This document shows positions 63,300 to 64,000 of a DNA stretch of 64,000 nt, one piece after another (the first letter of the stretch is position 1; each line of letters begins with the position of its first letter). Under the pieces are notes generated by a model. The model had not been told where the DNA came from. It did not search any database and saw nothing but the letters and a program-made list of their open reading frames with translations. Where the stretch lies: assembly GCA_045537735.1 (NCBI GenBank), contig JAZSPZ010000052.1:14637-78636 (forward strand). Direction: 5' to 3'. The position numbers were made by a program, and so were the translations under genes. The stretch comes from Lachnospiraceae bacterium. GTDB lineage: Bacteria > Bacillota > Clostridia > Lachnospirales > Lachnospiraceae.

Positions 63300-64000
63300 C
63301 TACAACGCAACATATAATGCATCCTCTATTAATTGCTTCAAGTCCTCATACATCGCAACAGACTTTTCATAATTCTCTTTACGCACTGCCATTTCCATAC
63401 GTAGCGCCTGTTTACGCCAACTATCCTCTCCATTGGCAACCAGCTGCTTTACCATAGCTGCAAATTGCTCTGCTTTCATCCAGTTACCAATCTCTATACA
63501 AAGAATCAGCTTCTCCATATTACTCTTTAACTGTTTGATATTCTCGTTGGTACCAATTTGATACGTCTGTTCTTCAGCCTGACGTTCTAACTCCAGCTCC
63601 TGAAACACACCTGTTGCATCTCTACGCACTGATGTTACATCTATTTCAACATCTTCCGTTGTCTGCAACGTAAGGGAAAATGAAAATGTACTTCCTCTTC
63701 CTTTCTCACTTTCCAAATTAATACTACTTCCCATCATCTGTAACAAATCCTTTGTAATAGAAAGGCCTAGACCTGTACCACCATACTTTCTTGTTATGCT
63801 TGCATCCGCTTGCACAAAGCTTTCAAAAACCTTGTCTCTTTCTTCCACCGAAATACCAATTCCCGAATCAATCACCACAAAGAATAACTCGATTTTCTTT
63901 CCTAATTGGTACACTTTCACAACCTTGACTTTCACAAAACCACTTTCCGTAAACTTAATGGCATTGGATACCAGATTGTTGAGAATCTGTTGCAAATGCA
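63300..64000 (-). CDS. Sensor histidine kinase, C-terminal part only (HATPase domain plus Hpt-like helical tail); 5' end outside window
   Basis: N-box (L)QQILNNLVSNAIKFT, DSGIGI and GGTGLGLSI. The frame stays open to the window edge, so the track's Met at 63995 is internal. The C-terminal ~80 aa form a helical bundle-like region. Confidence 0.8.
   Translation of the reverse strand, partial: HLQQILNNLVSNAIKFTESGFVKVKVVKVYQLGKKIELFFVVIDSGIGISVEERDKVFESFVQADASITRKYGGTGLGLSITKDLLQMMGSSINLESEKGRGSTFSFSLTLQTTEDVEIDVTSVRRDATGVFQELELERQAEEQTYQIGTNENIKQLKSNMEKLILCIEIGNWMKAEQFAAMVKQLVANGEDSWRKQALRMEMAVRKENYEKSVAMYEDLKQLIEDALYVAL

Overview
This is a 64-kb chromosomal segment from a low-GC Firmicute. 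Gene content suggests a motile, endospore-forming member of the Clostridia, possibly Lachnospiraceae-like, but I ran no search and the taxon is not proven. All family calls come from motif recognition by eye. I count about 57 protein genes, roughly 80% on the minus strand, and I recognised no rRNA, tRNA, CRISPR array, IS element or prophage genes.

Backbone content:
- Sporulation: spoIIAA-spoIIAB-sigF; spoVAA-AB-AC; and spoVAD-AE about 11 kb away on the other strand.
- DNA repair and topology: addB-addA, topB.
- Envelope: a class A PBP and HtrA.
- Biosynthesis: proB, aroB, folC, queF.
- A Na/Pi-cotransporter-family gene and three c-di-GMP turnover proteins.
- A complete Che cluster: MCP, cheW, cheA, cheY, cheB, cheR.

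Items most worth a second look:
1. An RND efflux permease carries a ~250-aa coiled-coil insertion and is translationally coupled to a lipoprotein and a YigZ/IMPACT gene.
2. The Che cluster appears co-operonic with a REC-HD-GYP protein and a histidine kinase whose Hpt-like tail lacks a His.
3. An orphan MCP has a ~200-aa tail containing a near-perfect 39-bp x5 tandem repeat and five PPSP motifs.
4. A fused double-activase/dehydratase-like pair has no pathway context.
5. A hipBA module sits directly on the addB ribosome-binding site.
6. Four compact regulatory repeat arrays are visible: TTGACAA-N6-TTGTCAA palindromes, a PhoP-like box, phased TGTGACT repeats, and a MarR-adjacent repeat.
7. Two unlisted small ORFs (57 and 49 aa), one re-started small ORF (67 aa), a pnuC remnant and a degenerate CobL-like protein were also found.

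The ORF track translates TTG and GTG starts as M, so several starts were re-placed using SD spacing.
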